A stretch of 64,000 nt of DNA, taken from Candidatus Fervidifonticultor secundus. Its GTDB lineage: Bacteria > Sysuimicrobiota > Sysuimicrobiia > Sysuimicrobiales > Humicultoraceae. The stretch spans positions 40,413-104,412 of the forward strand of contig JAVKIP010000003.1 of assembly GCA_031459385.1 (NCBI GenBank), given 5' to 3'. Under the pieces are notes generated by a model. It was not told the origin of the DNA. It did not search any database and saw nothing but the letters and a program-made list of their open reading frames with translations. The translations under genes were made by a program, and so were the position numbers. The number at the start of each line of letters is the position of its first letter. Positions within the stretch are counted from its first letter, which is position 1. Below, piece after piece: positions 43,484 to 53,007 of the stretch.

Positions 43484-45079
43484 GTGAAGACAGGGATCCG
43501 TACGGGACTCGCGCTGGTCCTGGTGGCCGGCCTGCTGGCCCTGCAGCAGGTGCAGGCTACGGCCCAGGCGATCCCCCGGCAGTTGCGCGTGGCCATCGGG
43601 ATCGACGCCGACCGGCTCGATCCGGCAGAGCAGACCACCACCACGATCGCCAACGTCGTCGACTACATGTTCGAGACGCTGGTGGACCTGCACCCGGTCA
43701 AGAACGAGATCGTCCCGCGGCTGGCCACCCGCTGGCAGGTCTCGCGCGACGGGCTGACGTACACGTTCACGCTGCGCCGCGGGGTGACGTTCCACGACGG
43801 GACGCCGTTCAACGCCCAGGCGGTGAAGTTCACGCTGGAGCGGCTGCAGGACCCGCGGATCGCGGTGGCCCTGCGGTTCCTCGTGACCCCGATCAAGAGC
43901 GTGGAGACGCCCAGCGACGATACGGTGCGCGTGACGCTCACCAAGGTCACGCCGACGTTCCTGGCCGACCTGACCACCACGCAGTTCGCCGTCGTCTCAC
44001 CCGCGGCCGTGCAGCGCGCGGGCGACCGGTGGCGGGCCGCGCCGACAGGCGGGGGGACCGGGCCGTACATCTTCAAGGAGTGGCGGCGGGGCGACTCGAT
44101 CCTGCTGGAGCGCAACCCCACCTACTGGGGCAAGAAGCCGATCTTCGACGAGATCCTCTTCCGCGTGGTCCCCGACGCGGGCACGCGCCTGACGCAGGTG
44201 CTGGCGGGCGACGTGCACCAGGCGATGTTGCCGCCGGCGCCCGACGTCAAGGGCCTGCGCCGCAACCCCCGCGTGACCGTGGTCGAGGCCCCCAGCGACC
44301 GGGTCATCTTCATCGTGCTGAACACCCAGTGGGGGCCGTTCAAGGACGTGCGGGTCCGCCAGGCGATGAACTACGCCGTCAACAAGAAAGCGATCCTGGC
44401 CAGCGTGCTGTTCGACCTGGGCACGGTCGTGGACGGGCCGTGCCCGTCCATGATGTTCGGGTACTCCAAGGTCCAGGACGGTGGCTGGCCGTTCAACCCC
44501 ATCAGGGCCAAGCAGCTCCTGGCCGAGGCGGGCTACAGGGACGGGTTCGAGGTCAACTTCTTCTCGCCCACGGGCCGCTACATCCAGGACTTCCAGTTCG
44601 CGCAGGCGATCGCATCCCAGCTGCGCAACGTCAACGTCCGCGCCACCGTCAGCACCATGGACTGGCCGTCGTACGTGGCCATGATCCAGACGCCGCTGGA
44701 GCGCACGCGGGTGCAGATGATCGTGCTGGGCTGGGCCTGGCCGGTCCTGGACTGCGACGGCGTGCTGTACGGGCAGTTCCACTCGTCCAACCACCCGCCC
44801 CGGGGCCTGGCGCCGGCCTACTACAGCAACCCGAAAGTGGACCAGCTCCTGGACCAGGAGCGCCAGGAGGCCAACGTCGAGCGGCGGAAGGCGATCATGA
44901 AGGAGGCGCAGGAGATCATCTGGAACGACGCGCCGTGGATCTGGCTGTGGAGCCAGAAGTGGTACGTCATCACCGCCAAGAACCTGGAGGGCGTCCGCAT
45001 CCACCCCATCGAGAAGTGGACGGCGCTCTGCGAGGGTGGCGAGCCGCAGGTCTCGCACCACTGTGTGACCTGGAAGTGA
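43484..45079 (+). CDS. ABC transporter substrate-binding protein, family 5 (peptide/glutathione, GsiB/DppA-like)
   Basis: Signal peptide, LRRGVTFHDGTPFNA, GTGPY, VRQAMNYAVN; GGAGG SD. Confidence 0.92.
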   Translation: MKTGIRTGLALVLVAGLLALQQVQATAQAIPRQLRVAIGIDADRLDPAEQTTTTIANVVDYMFETLVDLHPVKNEIVPRLATRWQVSRDGLTYTFTLRRGVTFHDGTPFNAQAVKFTLERLQDPRIAVALRFLVTPIKSVETPSDDTVRVTLTKVTPTFLADLTTTQFAVVSPAAVQRAGDRWRAAPTGGGTGPYIFKEWRRGDSILLERNPTYWGKKPIFDEILFRVVPDAGTRLTQVLAGDVHQAMLPPAPDVKGLRRNPRVTVVEAPSDRVIFIVLNTQWGPFKDVRVRQAMNYAVNKKAILASVLFDLGTVVDGPCPSMMFGYSKVQDGGWPFNPIRAKQLLAEAGYRDGFEVNFFSPTGRYIQDFQFAQAIASQLRNVNVRATVSTMDWPSYVAMIQTPLERTRVQMIVLGWAWPVLDCDGVLYGQFHSSNHPPRGLAPAYYSNPKVDQLLDQERQEANVERRKAIMKEAQEIIWNDAPWIWLWSQKWYVITAKNLEGVRIHPIEKWTALCEGGEPQVSHHCVTWK

Positions 45080-45146
45080 GGATCGCCCGGGGGACGGCAC
45101 CCGACGGCCGTCCCCCGGCACCCTGCCTCCGCCCGCGTTCTCCTCG

Positions 45147-46067
45147 ATGGGGAGCTACCTGCTCCGTCGCCTCGGCCTGGCCGTCCCGACACTCATCGGC
45201 GTCACGGTCATCGTCTTCGCCCTCATCCGCCTGATCCCGGGGGACCCGGCCCGGCTCATCCTGGGACTGCAGGCCTCGGAGGACGAGGTGCAGCGACTGC
45301 GCCTCGAGCTGGGGCTGGACAGACCGCTGTACGTCCAGTACGCGCGCTTCCTGGCCCGACTGGCCCGCGGCGACCTCGGGCAGTCGGCCGTGACCCGCGA
45401 GCCCGTCATCGACGAGATCGGCAGCCGGCTGCCGGCAACGGTCCAGCTGGCGGTCTCGAGCATCGTGGTGGCCACCCTGGTGGGGATGGCCGCGGGGATC
45501 CTCTCGGCCACCCGGCAGTACGCCGCCGCGGACTACCTGGTGATGACCGTGGCCCTGTTCGGCGTCTCGCTGCCGGTCTTCTGGCTGGGCCTGATGCTGA
45601 TGCTGCTGTTCTCCGTCTACCTCAACTGGCTGCCGGCGGGCGGCTACGGCACGCCCGCGCACCTCGTGCTGCCCACTGTGGCGCTGGCGGCGTTCTCCAT
45701 CGCCATCATCGCCCGCATGACCCGCAGCAGCCTGCTGGAGGTGTTCAACCAGGACTACATCCGCACCGCCCGCGCCAAAGGGCTGCACGGCCGGGTGGTG
45801 ATCCTCCGCCACGCGCTGAGAAACGCGCTGATCCCGGTGATCACGGTGATTGGCCTGCAGTTCGGGGCGCTGCTGGGCGGGGCCATCCTCACCGAGACCG
45901 TGTTTGCCTGGCCGGGCATGGGGCGCCTGCTGGTCACCGCCATCACGTCCCGCGACTACGCGGTGATCCAGGGCGTGGTGCTGATCTTCGCCGGGCTGTT
46001 CACCCTGGTGAACCTGGTCGTGGATGTCCTCTACGCCTATGTCGACCCGCGCATCCACTACGGTTAG
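45147..46067 (+). CDS. Peptide ABC transporter permease (DppB/GsiC-like)
   Basis: IPGDPA, GLDRP, DYIRTARAKG, HALRNA, ETVFAWPGMG, DPRI. Confidence 0.92.
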   Translation: MGSYLLRRLGLAVPTLIGVTVIVFALIRLIPGDPARLILGLQASEDEVQRLRLELGLDRPLYVQYARFLARLARGDLGQSAVTREPVIDEIGSRLPATVQLAVSSIVVATLVGMAAGILSATRQYAAADYLVMTVALFGVSLPVFWLGLMLMLLFSVYLNWLPAGGYGTPAHLVLPTVALAAFSIAIIARMTRSSLLEVFNQDYIRTARAKGLHGRVVILRHALRNALIPVITVIGLQFGALLGGAILTETVFAWPGMGRLLVTAITSRDYAVIQGVVLIFAGLFTLVNLVVDVLYAYVDPRIHYG

Positions 46068-46083
46068 GTGGCTCCCAGAAGCC

Positions 46084-46932
46084 GTGGAGGTGCGCGCGCG
46101 GCCCGGCGTCTGGCGCCGGCTGCGCCGGCACCGGACCGCCGTCGTGGGCCTGGCGGTCCTGGCGCTGTTCCTGGTCAGCTCGCTCCTGGCCCCCCTGCTC
46201 TTCACCGAAGATCCGACCGAGGCGAACTTCGAGCGGGTGCTGCAGCCGCCGTCGCGGGCGCACCTGCTGGGCACCGACAACCTGGGCCGCGACCTGCTGG
46301 CCCGCGTCATCTACGGCGCGCGGGTCTCGTTCCTGATCGGCCTGCTGGCGGTCAGCCTGAGCGCGGCGCTCGGGGTCCCGGTGGGGCTCGTCTCGGGCTA
46401 CTACGGCGGCGGCGTCGACATCGCCATCCAGCGCCTGGTGGACCTGATGCTGGCGTTCCCGGGCTTCCTGCTGGCCCTGACCCTGATCGCGGTGCTGGGC
46501 GTCGGTGTCCCCAACGTGGTGGTGGCGGTCGGGCTGGCGACGGCGCCCGTCTACATCCGGCTGGTCCGCGGGGTGGCGCTCTCGATCCGCACCCAGGTGT
46601 ACGTCGAGGCGGCCCACGCGCTGGGGGCCTCGGCACCGCGCATCCTCCGGCGGCACGTGCTGCCCAACTGCCTGCCCCCGGTGATCGTGCAGTCGACGCT
46701 CCAGCTGGGCACGGCCATCCTGACGGCTGCGGGCCTGGGCTTCCTGGGTCTGGGCGTCAAGCCCCCGACGCCCGAGTGGGGTACGATGCTGGGCGAAGGC
46801 CAGACTTACCTCTTCTCGTCCTGGTACATGGCGACGTTCCCGGGCCTAGCCATCTTCCTGGCGGTGATGGCGTTCAACCTGCTGGGCGACGGGTTGCGCG
46901 ACGCGCTCGACCCCCGCATGCAGCTCCCCTGA
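46084..46932 (+). CDS. Peptide ABC transporter permease (DppC/GsiD-like); start uncertain
   Basis: LGTDNLGRD, YVEAA..LGA, RHVLPN, PEWG, GDGLRDALDP. Confidence 0.9.
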   Translation: MEVRARPGVWRRLRRHRTAVVGLAVLALFLVSSLLAPLLFTEDPTEANFERVLQPPSRAHLLGTDNLGRDLLARVIYGARVSFLIGLLAVSLSAALGVPVGLVSGYYGGGVDIAIQRLVDLMLAFPGFLLALTLIAVLGVGVPNVVVAVGLATAPVYIRLVRGVALSIRTQVYVEAAHALGASAPRILRRHVLPNCLPPVIVQSTLQLGTAILTAAGLGFLGLGVKPPTPEWGTMLGEGQTYLFSSWYMATFPGLAIFLAVMAFNLLGDGLRDALDPRMQLP

Positions 46933-46944
46933 GCCGATGCGGTC

Positions 46945-47577
46945 ATGGCCGCGAACGCGCCGACGGACGCCGAGATCCCCTCGCTCTCCTCGATTCTCGA
47001 GGGAGCGCTGACCCGGGCCGGGCCCCATCCCCTGCGACTGGGCGACCTGCTCGACGAGACCGCCGAGCGCGGCTTCGGGCTGCTGATGCTCCTGCTGGGA
47101 CTGCCCATGCTGATTCCGGTGCTGCCGCCCGGGTCGTCGACCGTCGTGGGCCCCATCTACGCCGTGTTCGCGATCCAGATGCTGCGGGGCAGCGGCCGGC
47201 CCTGGCTGCCCCGGTCGCTGCAGAACCGTACGCTGTCGCCCCGGGCGGTCCAGCTCCTCCGGGACCGCGGGCTGCCCATGATCCGCGCCATCGAACGGTG
47301 GTCGCGGCCGCGCGGCTTCTGGCCGGGCGAGCGGGTCGGTGTGCGCATCGTGGCGGTGGCGATGCTGTTCATGGGCCTGATCCTGCTGGGTCCGTTTCCG
47401 TTCCTGAACACCCCGCCGGCAGTGGCGGTGATGCTGCTGGGGGTAGCCCTGCTCAACCGGGACGTGGTGTTCCTGCTGGCCGGGCTGGCGGTGGCCGCGG
47501 TCTCGGTGGGCATCCTGCTGGTGACCGTCGGCCTGCTGGTGAGCCTGTTGGCGTTCCTGCGGGCGGTGCTCCCCTGA
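46945..47577 (+). CDS. ExoD family (exopolysaccharide synthesis) membrane protein
   Basis: LGDLLD..ERGFGLLMLLLGLP..IP, QML..PWLP, PFLNTPPA. Confidence 0.8.
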   Translation: MAANAPTDAEIPSLSSILEGALTRAGPHPLRLGDLLDETAERGFGLLMLLLGLPMLIPVLPPGSSTVVGPIYAVFAIQMLRGSGRPWLPRSLQNRTLSPRAVQLLRDRGLPMIRAIERWSRPRGFWPGERVGVRIVAVAMLFMGLILLGPFPFLNTPPAVAVMLLGVALLNRDVVFLLAGLAVAAVSVGILLVTVGLLVSLLAFLRAVLP

Positions 47578-47586
47578 TCCGCACGC

Positions 47587-48564
47587 TCACGCGTGCAGCT
47601 CGAGCACGTCGCGGTCGCGCAGCACGTGGTCCCGGCCGACCATCTGGCCGTCGTACTCGCCCTGCCGCCACAGCCGCGCGTAGCGCAGGTGCTCGGCGAA
47701 GTCCTTGTGCACGGCCGCCGCGGCGTCCTGCACCGTCGTGCCCGCCGGCAGGATGAAGGGCACGTCCAGGTCGGGTTTCCCACCGGGCTTCTTGCTGTAG
47801 ACGCGGATCTTGCCCAGCAGGCGGAACATCTCGCGCCGCAGTTCGCTCAGGTTGACGTCCTGCTCCGCGGAGACGGGCAGCACCGGCAGGCGCCCGCCGT
47901 AGAACTCCTTGAAGATCTCCAGCGCGTCGCGGGCGCCGGGCGCGTCCAGCTTGGCCGCGACGAACAGCCCCGGGGTCTGCCGTGGGCCGCGGGACGCCTC
48001 CGGGGGGATGATCTCGACGCCGCCGGCCGCCAGGAGGGCCAGCACCTGCTCGGTGGACGACAGGAGGTCCGGGTCGGCCAGGTCGACGACGACCAGCGCG
48101 CCGTCGGCGCCGCGGATCAGCGCGTACAGCCAGCCCTCGGCCACTTCGGGGCTCACCGGCGGCAGGTCCACGAGCTGGATCGGCACGTCCTCGAACGCCG
48201 CCATGCCGGCCAGCGGCACCCGCGTCGTGAAGGGATAATCAGCGATCTCTGGTGAGGCGTTCGTGAGCGCCGCCAGGAGCGACGACTTCCCCGCATTCGG
48301 GCCGCCCACGAGCGCGATCTGACCGGCGCCTTCGCGGTCGACGTGGTAGAAGGGCCGGGCGCGCGCGGCCCCGCGGCGCCGCTGCGTCTCCTGGCGCAGC
48401 CTGGCGATGCGGCGCTTGAGATCGGCCTGCATCTTCTCGGTCCCCTTGTGCTTGGGGATCACGGCCAGCATCTCTTCCAGCGCCGCGAGCTTGGCCTGGG
48501 GCGTGGTGGCCGCTTTGAACTTCCGGTCAGCGGCCAGGTACTCTGGCGTCAGGTTCGCAGGCAT
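47587..48564 (-). CDS. DRG/Rbg-type OBG-family GTPase with C-terminal TGS domain
   Basis: MPANLTPEY, IPKHKGTEK, GGPNAGKSS, YPFTT, QLVDLP, IRVYSKKPG, VHKDF, DHVLRDRD. Confidence 0.88.
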   Translation of the reverse strand: MPANLTPEYLAADRKFKAATTPQAKLAALEEMLAVIPKHKGTEKMQADLKRRIARLRQETQRRRGAARARPFYHVDREGAGQIALVGGPNAGKSSLLAALTNASPEIADYPFTTRVPLAGMAAFEDVPIQLVDLPPVSPEVAEGWLYALIRGADGALVVVDLADPDLLSSTEQVLALLAAGGVEIIPPEASRGPRQTPGLFVAAKLDAPGARDALEIFKEFYGGRLPVLPVSAEQDVNLSELRREMFRLLGKIRVYSKKPGGKPDLDVPFILPAGTTVQDAAAAVHKDFAEHLRYARLWRQGEYDGQMVGRDHVLRDRDVLELHA

Positions 48565-48653
48565 AGCGCTGGTTGTTATTGTAGCAAGCCCGGGAACCCT
48601 CACGCGCCGCCGGCCGTTCTCTGGCCGGAGATCCTGCCCATGGAGGTGTCTGC

Positions 48654-49355
48654 ATGCGCACGCTATCGCTCGCTCTGCTGGTGATGGTGGTCGCCGTCCC
48701 CGCCGGGGCTCAGGCACCGGACGTGCGGCCGCCGGACGGCGGCCGGAATCAAATCGTCGCCACAGGCACCGGCCGCCTCGAGGTCGCCCCCGACCAGGCC
48801 ACGCTGACGATGGGCGCGCAGGTCCAGCGGCCCACAGCGGCCGAGGCCCTGGCCGAGGCCGGGCGCGTCGCTGCCCAGGTGCGGGCGGGCTGGCAACAGC
48901 TGGGCATCCGGACCGAGGCGATGCGCACTGCGATCCTGGACGTGCAGCCGGTGTTCGGCCAGAGCCGGAACGGCGCCCCGCCGCGCATGACCGGGTACCA
49001 GGCCACGGCTCTGCTCGCCCTCACCGTGGACCAGCTGGCGCTCCTGGGCCGCGCCATCGACGCCGGGATGACAGCGGGCGCGAACGTGCTGCACGGCCTG
49101 ACCTTCGGCGTGCGCGACGCCTCCCGGGCCCGGCGTGACGCTCTGGCCGCGGCTGTGCGCGACGCGCGCGAGCGGGCCGAGGCCATGGCGCAGGCCGCGG
49201 GCCTGCGGATCCGCGGCGTCGAGCGGATCGTGGAAGCCGAGGCAGTGGTCGTGACGCGCGAGGTCAGGCTGCGGGCGGCCGCGGCGCCGGCAGTGCCGGT
49301 CGAGCCCGGCCTCGTGACCGTCACGGCGCAGGTGACGGTGGTCTTCTCCTACTGA
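48654..49355 (+). CDS. SIMPL (DUF541) domain periplasmic protein
   Basis: Signal peptide, GTGRLEVAPD, GAN..GLTF, AVRDARERAEAMA, VTAQVTVVF. Confidence 0.85.
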   Translation: MRTLSLALLVMVVAVPAGAQAPDVRPPDGGRNQIVATGTGRLEVAPDQATLTMGAQVQRPTAAEALAEAGRVAAQVRAGWQQLGIRTEAMRTAILDVQPVFGQSRNGAPPRMTGYQATALLALTVDQLALLGRAIDAGMTAGANVLHGLTFGVRDASRARRDALAAAVRDARERAEAMAQAAGLRIRGVERIVEAEAVVVTREVRLRAAAAPAVPVEPGLVTVTAQVTVVFSY

Positions 49356-49487
49356 ACCGTCCGGCGGGCCGGGGCCAGCGCGGACGCGACGCGGCCACCC
49401 GTCCGGGCGTGTAGACGCCCGGCGACCGCCGCGGGTACGATGAAAGCGAACCCGTCGCCACGCTGTCGAACCCGATCGAGGAGGTGC

Positions 49488-51005
49488 ATGGTGAACGTCA
49501 CGTACGCAGGCCGCAGTGCCGTCCTCCTGGCCCTGGTCGTGGTCCTGGCCGGCGCGGGCCTCGCGCCCGCCGGGCCCGCCGCCCCGCCGGGGACGCTGCG
49601 CATCGCCTACCCGCAGCGGGCGGTCTCCCTCGACGCCCACGGCCCGGCGGCCGCCGAGCGCATCTCGATCATCATCGGCCGCCATCTCTACGACACCCTG
49701 GTGACGTGGGACCCCAAGGCCAAGCAGTTCCAGCCAGCGTTGGCCGAGCGCTGGCGGAGCGTGGATCCCACCACGTGGGAGTTCCAGCTGCGCCGCGGCG
49801 TGCGGTTCCACGACGGCAGCGAGTTCACCTCCGCCGCCGTGAAGACGTCGCTGGAGCGCGTGGTGGCCCTGCGCGGGCCGCTCACGCCGCTGTTCGCGCC
49901 TGTGGCGGCCGTGGACACCCCCGACCCGTACCGCGTCGTGGTCCGGACGCAGACGCCCATGGGCACGCTGCTGTCCAACCTGACGATGCTCTACATCGTG
50001 CCGGCGGGGACGCCGCCGACCCCTGCGTTCGCCGAGAAACCGGTCGGCACCGGCCCGTTCCGGTTCGTGGAGTTCGTGCGCGATACGCGCGTGGTGCTGG
50101 AGGCCAATCCCACCTACTGGCGGCGCGGGATCCCGAAGCTGCAGCGGCTGGTCTTCGTGGACATCCCCGAGCTCTCGGCGCGTGTGACGGCACTGGAGAC
50201 CGGCGAGATCGACATGACCGTCCAGCTCACCCCGGAGGAGATCAAGCGCCTGCGCGGCAATCCCCAGATCAAGATCGAGATCGGCCCGACTTACTACACG
50301 CGCTTCCTGTGGATCAACCCCACGCGCAGGCCGTTCGATCACCTCAAGGTCCGCCAGGCCCTCCAGCACGCGCTGAACATCCCGGCGATCACCAGTTCGC
50401 TGCTGGCCGGCATTGCCAAACCCGCGCGGGGCCCGATCGCAGCCAACGTGCTGTGCGCGGTGGAGTTCCCGCCGCGCGCCTTCAACACGCCGCTGGCCCG
50501 CCGGCTGCTGACCGAGGCCGGCTACCCCGGGGGGTTCGAGACTGAACTGAAGTGGAACGACGCGCTACCCAAAGAGCGGGAGGTCGCCGACGCCATCGTG
50601 GGACAGCTGGCTCTGGTGGGTATCCGCGTGAAGAACACGCTGCAGCCGCGCGCCATCTGGCTGGATGATCTGCTCAAGCTCAACTGGGAGCTGAACCTGC
50701 TGGGCACGGGCGCCGTGACCGGCGATGCCGACTACACTCTGGGGCGCCTGTACCACTCGCGGGCCAGGCGGACCGGCTACGCCAACCCGGAGGTCGACCG
50801 GCTGCTGGAGCAGGCCGCTGCCACGGTGGACCTCAACCGGCGGTGCGAGATGTACAGGCGGGTGCAAGAGATCCTCTGGACCGAGGGGCCGGCGGTGTTC
50901 CTCTTCGAGGCGCTGGAGAGCTACGCATACCGCACCCGCGTCCAGGGCTTCACGCTGCCGCCCAGCGAGATCTTCGAGCTGTCGGAGGTCACCGTCTCGC
51001 CCTGA
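49488..51005 (+). CDS. ABC transporter substrate-binding protein, family 5
   Basis: LRRGVRFHDGS, PVGTGPF, VRQAL; GGAGGT SD. Confidence 0.9.
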   Translation: MVNVTYAGRSAVLLALVVVLAGAGLAPAGPAAPPGTLRIAYPQRAVSLDAHGPAAAERISIIIGRHLYDTLVTWDPKAKQFQPALAERWRSVDPTTWEFQLRRGVRFHDGSEFTSAAVKTSLERVVALRGPLTPLFAPVAAVDTPDPYRVVVRTQTPMGTLLSNLTMLYIVPAGTPPTPAFAEKPVGTGPFRFVEFVRDTRVVLEANPTYWRRGIPKLQRLVFVDIPELSARVTALETGEIDMTVQLTPEEIKRLRGNPQIKIEIGPTYYTRFLWINPTRRPFDHLKVRQALQHALNIPAITSSLLAGIAKPARGPIAANVLCAVEFPPRAFNTPLARRLLTEAGYPGGFETELKWNDALPKEREVADAIVGQLALVGIRVKNTLQPRAIWLDDLLKLNWELNLLGTGAVTGDADYTLGRLYHSRARRTGYANPEVDRLLEQAAATVDLNRRCEMYRRVQEILWTEGPAVFLFEALESYAYRTRVQGFTLPPSEIFELSEVTVSP

Positions 51006-51062
51006 TCCCGGCGTGGGAGAGGCGGCGGCCTCGTGGGTGCCGCCTCCCCCACCGCGCGCCGC

Positions 51063-51983
51063 ATGGGCCCCTATCTGCTGCGCCGGCTCCTGGCCGCGAC
51101 GCTCGTCGTCTGGGGCGTCCTGACCGTCATCTTCCTCGTCGTCCGGGTGATCCCCGGGGACCCGGCCGCGGTGCTGCTCGGGACGTTCGCGACCGCCGAC
51201 CTGGTAGCCGAGCAGCGCGCGAAGATGGGGCTCGACCGGCCGCTGCCCGTGCAGTACTTCCTCTTCCTGCGGCAGGCCATCGCGGGCGACTGGGGCCGGT
51301 CCTACCACGAGGGCCGCGAGGCGTTCGCCATGGTGCTGGAGCGCCTGCCTGCCACGCTGGAACTGGCCGTCGCGGCCATCGTGCTCACTACCGTGGTCAG
51401 CTTCGCGCTGGGATCGGTCGCCGCCCGCAGGGCGCAGTCAGCCGTCGACCGCGCCATCGGCCTGGTCTCCCTGGTCGGCCAGGCGGTGCCGAACTTCTGG
51501 CTGGGCCTGGTGTTCATCATCGTCTTCGCCCGGATGCTCCACTGGCTGCCCTCGTTCGGGCGCGGTACGATCTGGCACCTGGTGCTGCCTACGGTGACGC
51601 TCTCGGTGCAGCTGATGGGCGTCATGACCCGGCTGATCCGGGCCGGGCTGCTGGAGACGCTGGGCCAGGAGTACGTGCGGACCGCGCGCGCCAAGGGGCT
51701 GGCGGAGGCGGCGGTGCTGGCCCGCCACGTCTACCGCAACATGCTCATCCCGGTGGTGACGATGCTGGGCCTGCAGCTGGGCGCCCTGCTGGGCGGCGTG
51801 GTGGTGCTGGAGACGGTCTTCGCCTGGCCGGGCCTGGGCCGGCTCATCGTCACCGCCATCAACAACCGCGACTACCCGGTGGTGCAGGCCGCGGTGACGT
51901 TTGCCGCGCTCGCGGTGGTGGCGCTCAACGTCCTGGTCGACCTGACCTACGCGTACCTCGATCCGCGCATCCGCTACACGTGA
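51063..51983 (+). CDS. Peptide ABC transporter permease (DppB-like)
   Basis: IPGDPA, EYVRTARAKG, ETVFAWPGLG, DPRI. Confidence 0.92.
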   Translation: MGPYLLRRLLAATLVVWGVLTVIFLVVRVIPGDPAAVLLGTFATADLVAEQRAKMGLDRPLPVQYFLFLRQAIAGDWGRSYHEGREAFAMVLERLPATLELAVAAIVLTTVVSFALGSVAARRAQSAVDRAIGLVSLVGQAVPNFWLGLVFIIVFARMLHWLPSFGRGTIWHLVLPTVTLSVQLMGVMTRLIRAGLLETLGQEYVRTARAKGLAEAAVLARHVYRNMLIPVVTMLGLQLGALLGGVVVLETVFAWPGLGRLIVTAINNRDYPVVQAAVTFAALAVVALNVLVDLTYAYLDPRIRYT

Positions 51984-52957
51984 CGCCCTCCCGTCCCCAG
52001 CGCCAGCCCGACCCGGGCGCCGCCCCGCCGGCCGCGCCCGGCAGCAGCGCGCCTGCGCGGGCCGCTCGGCGGCGGGCGGCCGATGCCGACGCGCGCGAGG
52101 CCCGCCGGCCCCGCCGCCGGCTGTGGACGACCCGCAAGGGACGGCGCATGGCCCTCACCGGCGCGCTACTGCTCGCGACCGCGGTGGCGGGCCTGGCGGG
52201 CCCGGCCGTCGTGCCCTACGACCCGCTCGCCCTGCGCCTGGACGCGCGGCTGCTGCCGCCCGGCGCCCGGCTGCCCGAGGGCGGCATCGCCTGGTTCGGC
52301 ACCGACCAGCTGGGGCGCGACCTGTTCGGGCAGGTGGTGCACGGCGCCCGGGTGTCGATGCTGGTCGCCCTCAGCACCGTCGGCATCGCGGGCGTCGTCG
52401 GCACGGCGCTCGGCCTCCTGGCGGGCTACGCCGGCGGGAAGACCGACATGGTGGTGATGGGCCTGGTCGACGTGCAGCTGGCGATCCCGCCCCTGCTGCT
52501 GGCCATCTTGATGGCAGCGATGCTGGGCCCGTCGGTACCCAACGTCATCCTGACCCTGTCGGTGATTCGGTGGGCCGTCTTCGCCCGCCTGGCCCGCGGC
52601 TCGACCCTGGCCCTGCGCGAGAAGGAGTTCGTGGAAGCCGCCCGGGCGTTGGGCGCCAGCCACGCGCGCATCATGGGCCGCCACCTGCTCGTGAACATCC
52701 TGACGCCGCTGGTGATCCTGGCCACGCTGCAGATCGCGCTGCAGATGCTGGCCGAGGCTGCCCTCTCGTTCCTGGGCCTGGGGATTCCCCACCCCCTGCC
52801 GTCGTGGGGCGTGACGATCAGCCAGGGCCGCGACTACCTCCAGAACGCCTGGTGGATCGCGACGATCCCCGGCGGCGTCATGACGCTGGCGGTGCTGGCT
52901 GCGGGCGCGTTCGGCGACGCGCTGCGGGACTACCTGGACCCGCGCTTCGGGTACTGA
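51980..52957 (+). CDS. Peptide ABC transporter permease (DppC-like)
   Basis: FGTDQLGRD, EFVEAARALGA, AALSFLGLG, GDALRDYLDP; GTGA overlap with the upstream gene. Confidence 0.9.
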   Translation: MTPSRPQRQPDPGAAPPAAPGSSAPARAARRRAADADAREARRPRRRLWTTRKGRRMALTGALLLATAVAGLAGPAVVPYDPLALRLDARLLPPGARLPEGGIAWFGTDQLGRDLFGQVVHGARVSMLVALSTVGIAGVVGTALGLLAGYAGGKTDMVVMGLVDVQLAIPPLLLAILMAAMLGPSVPNVILTLSVIRWAVFARLARGSTLALREKEFVEAARALGASHARIMGRHLLVNILTPLVILATLQIALQMLAEAALSFLGLGIPHPLPSWGVTISQGRDYLQNAWWIATIPGGVMTLAVLAAGAFGDALRDYLDPRFGY

Positions 52958-53007
52958 GGGCCGCCCTGTCGGCCTGGCACGCCCGGCCCTGCGTTGCCGG
53001 CTCCCGG

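Noticed and set aside
46068-46084. Possible 1-bp frameshift at the start of the dppC-like gene (GTG at 46068 is out of frame)
   Set aside because: An in-frame GTG at 46084 gives a full-length permease; this cannot be resolved without reads.
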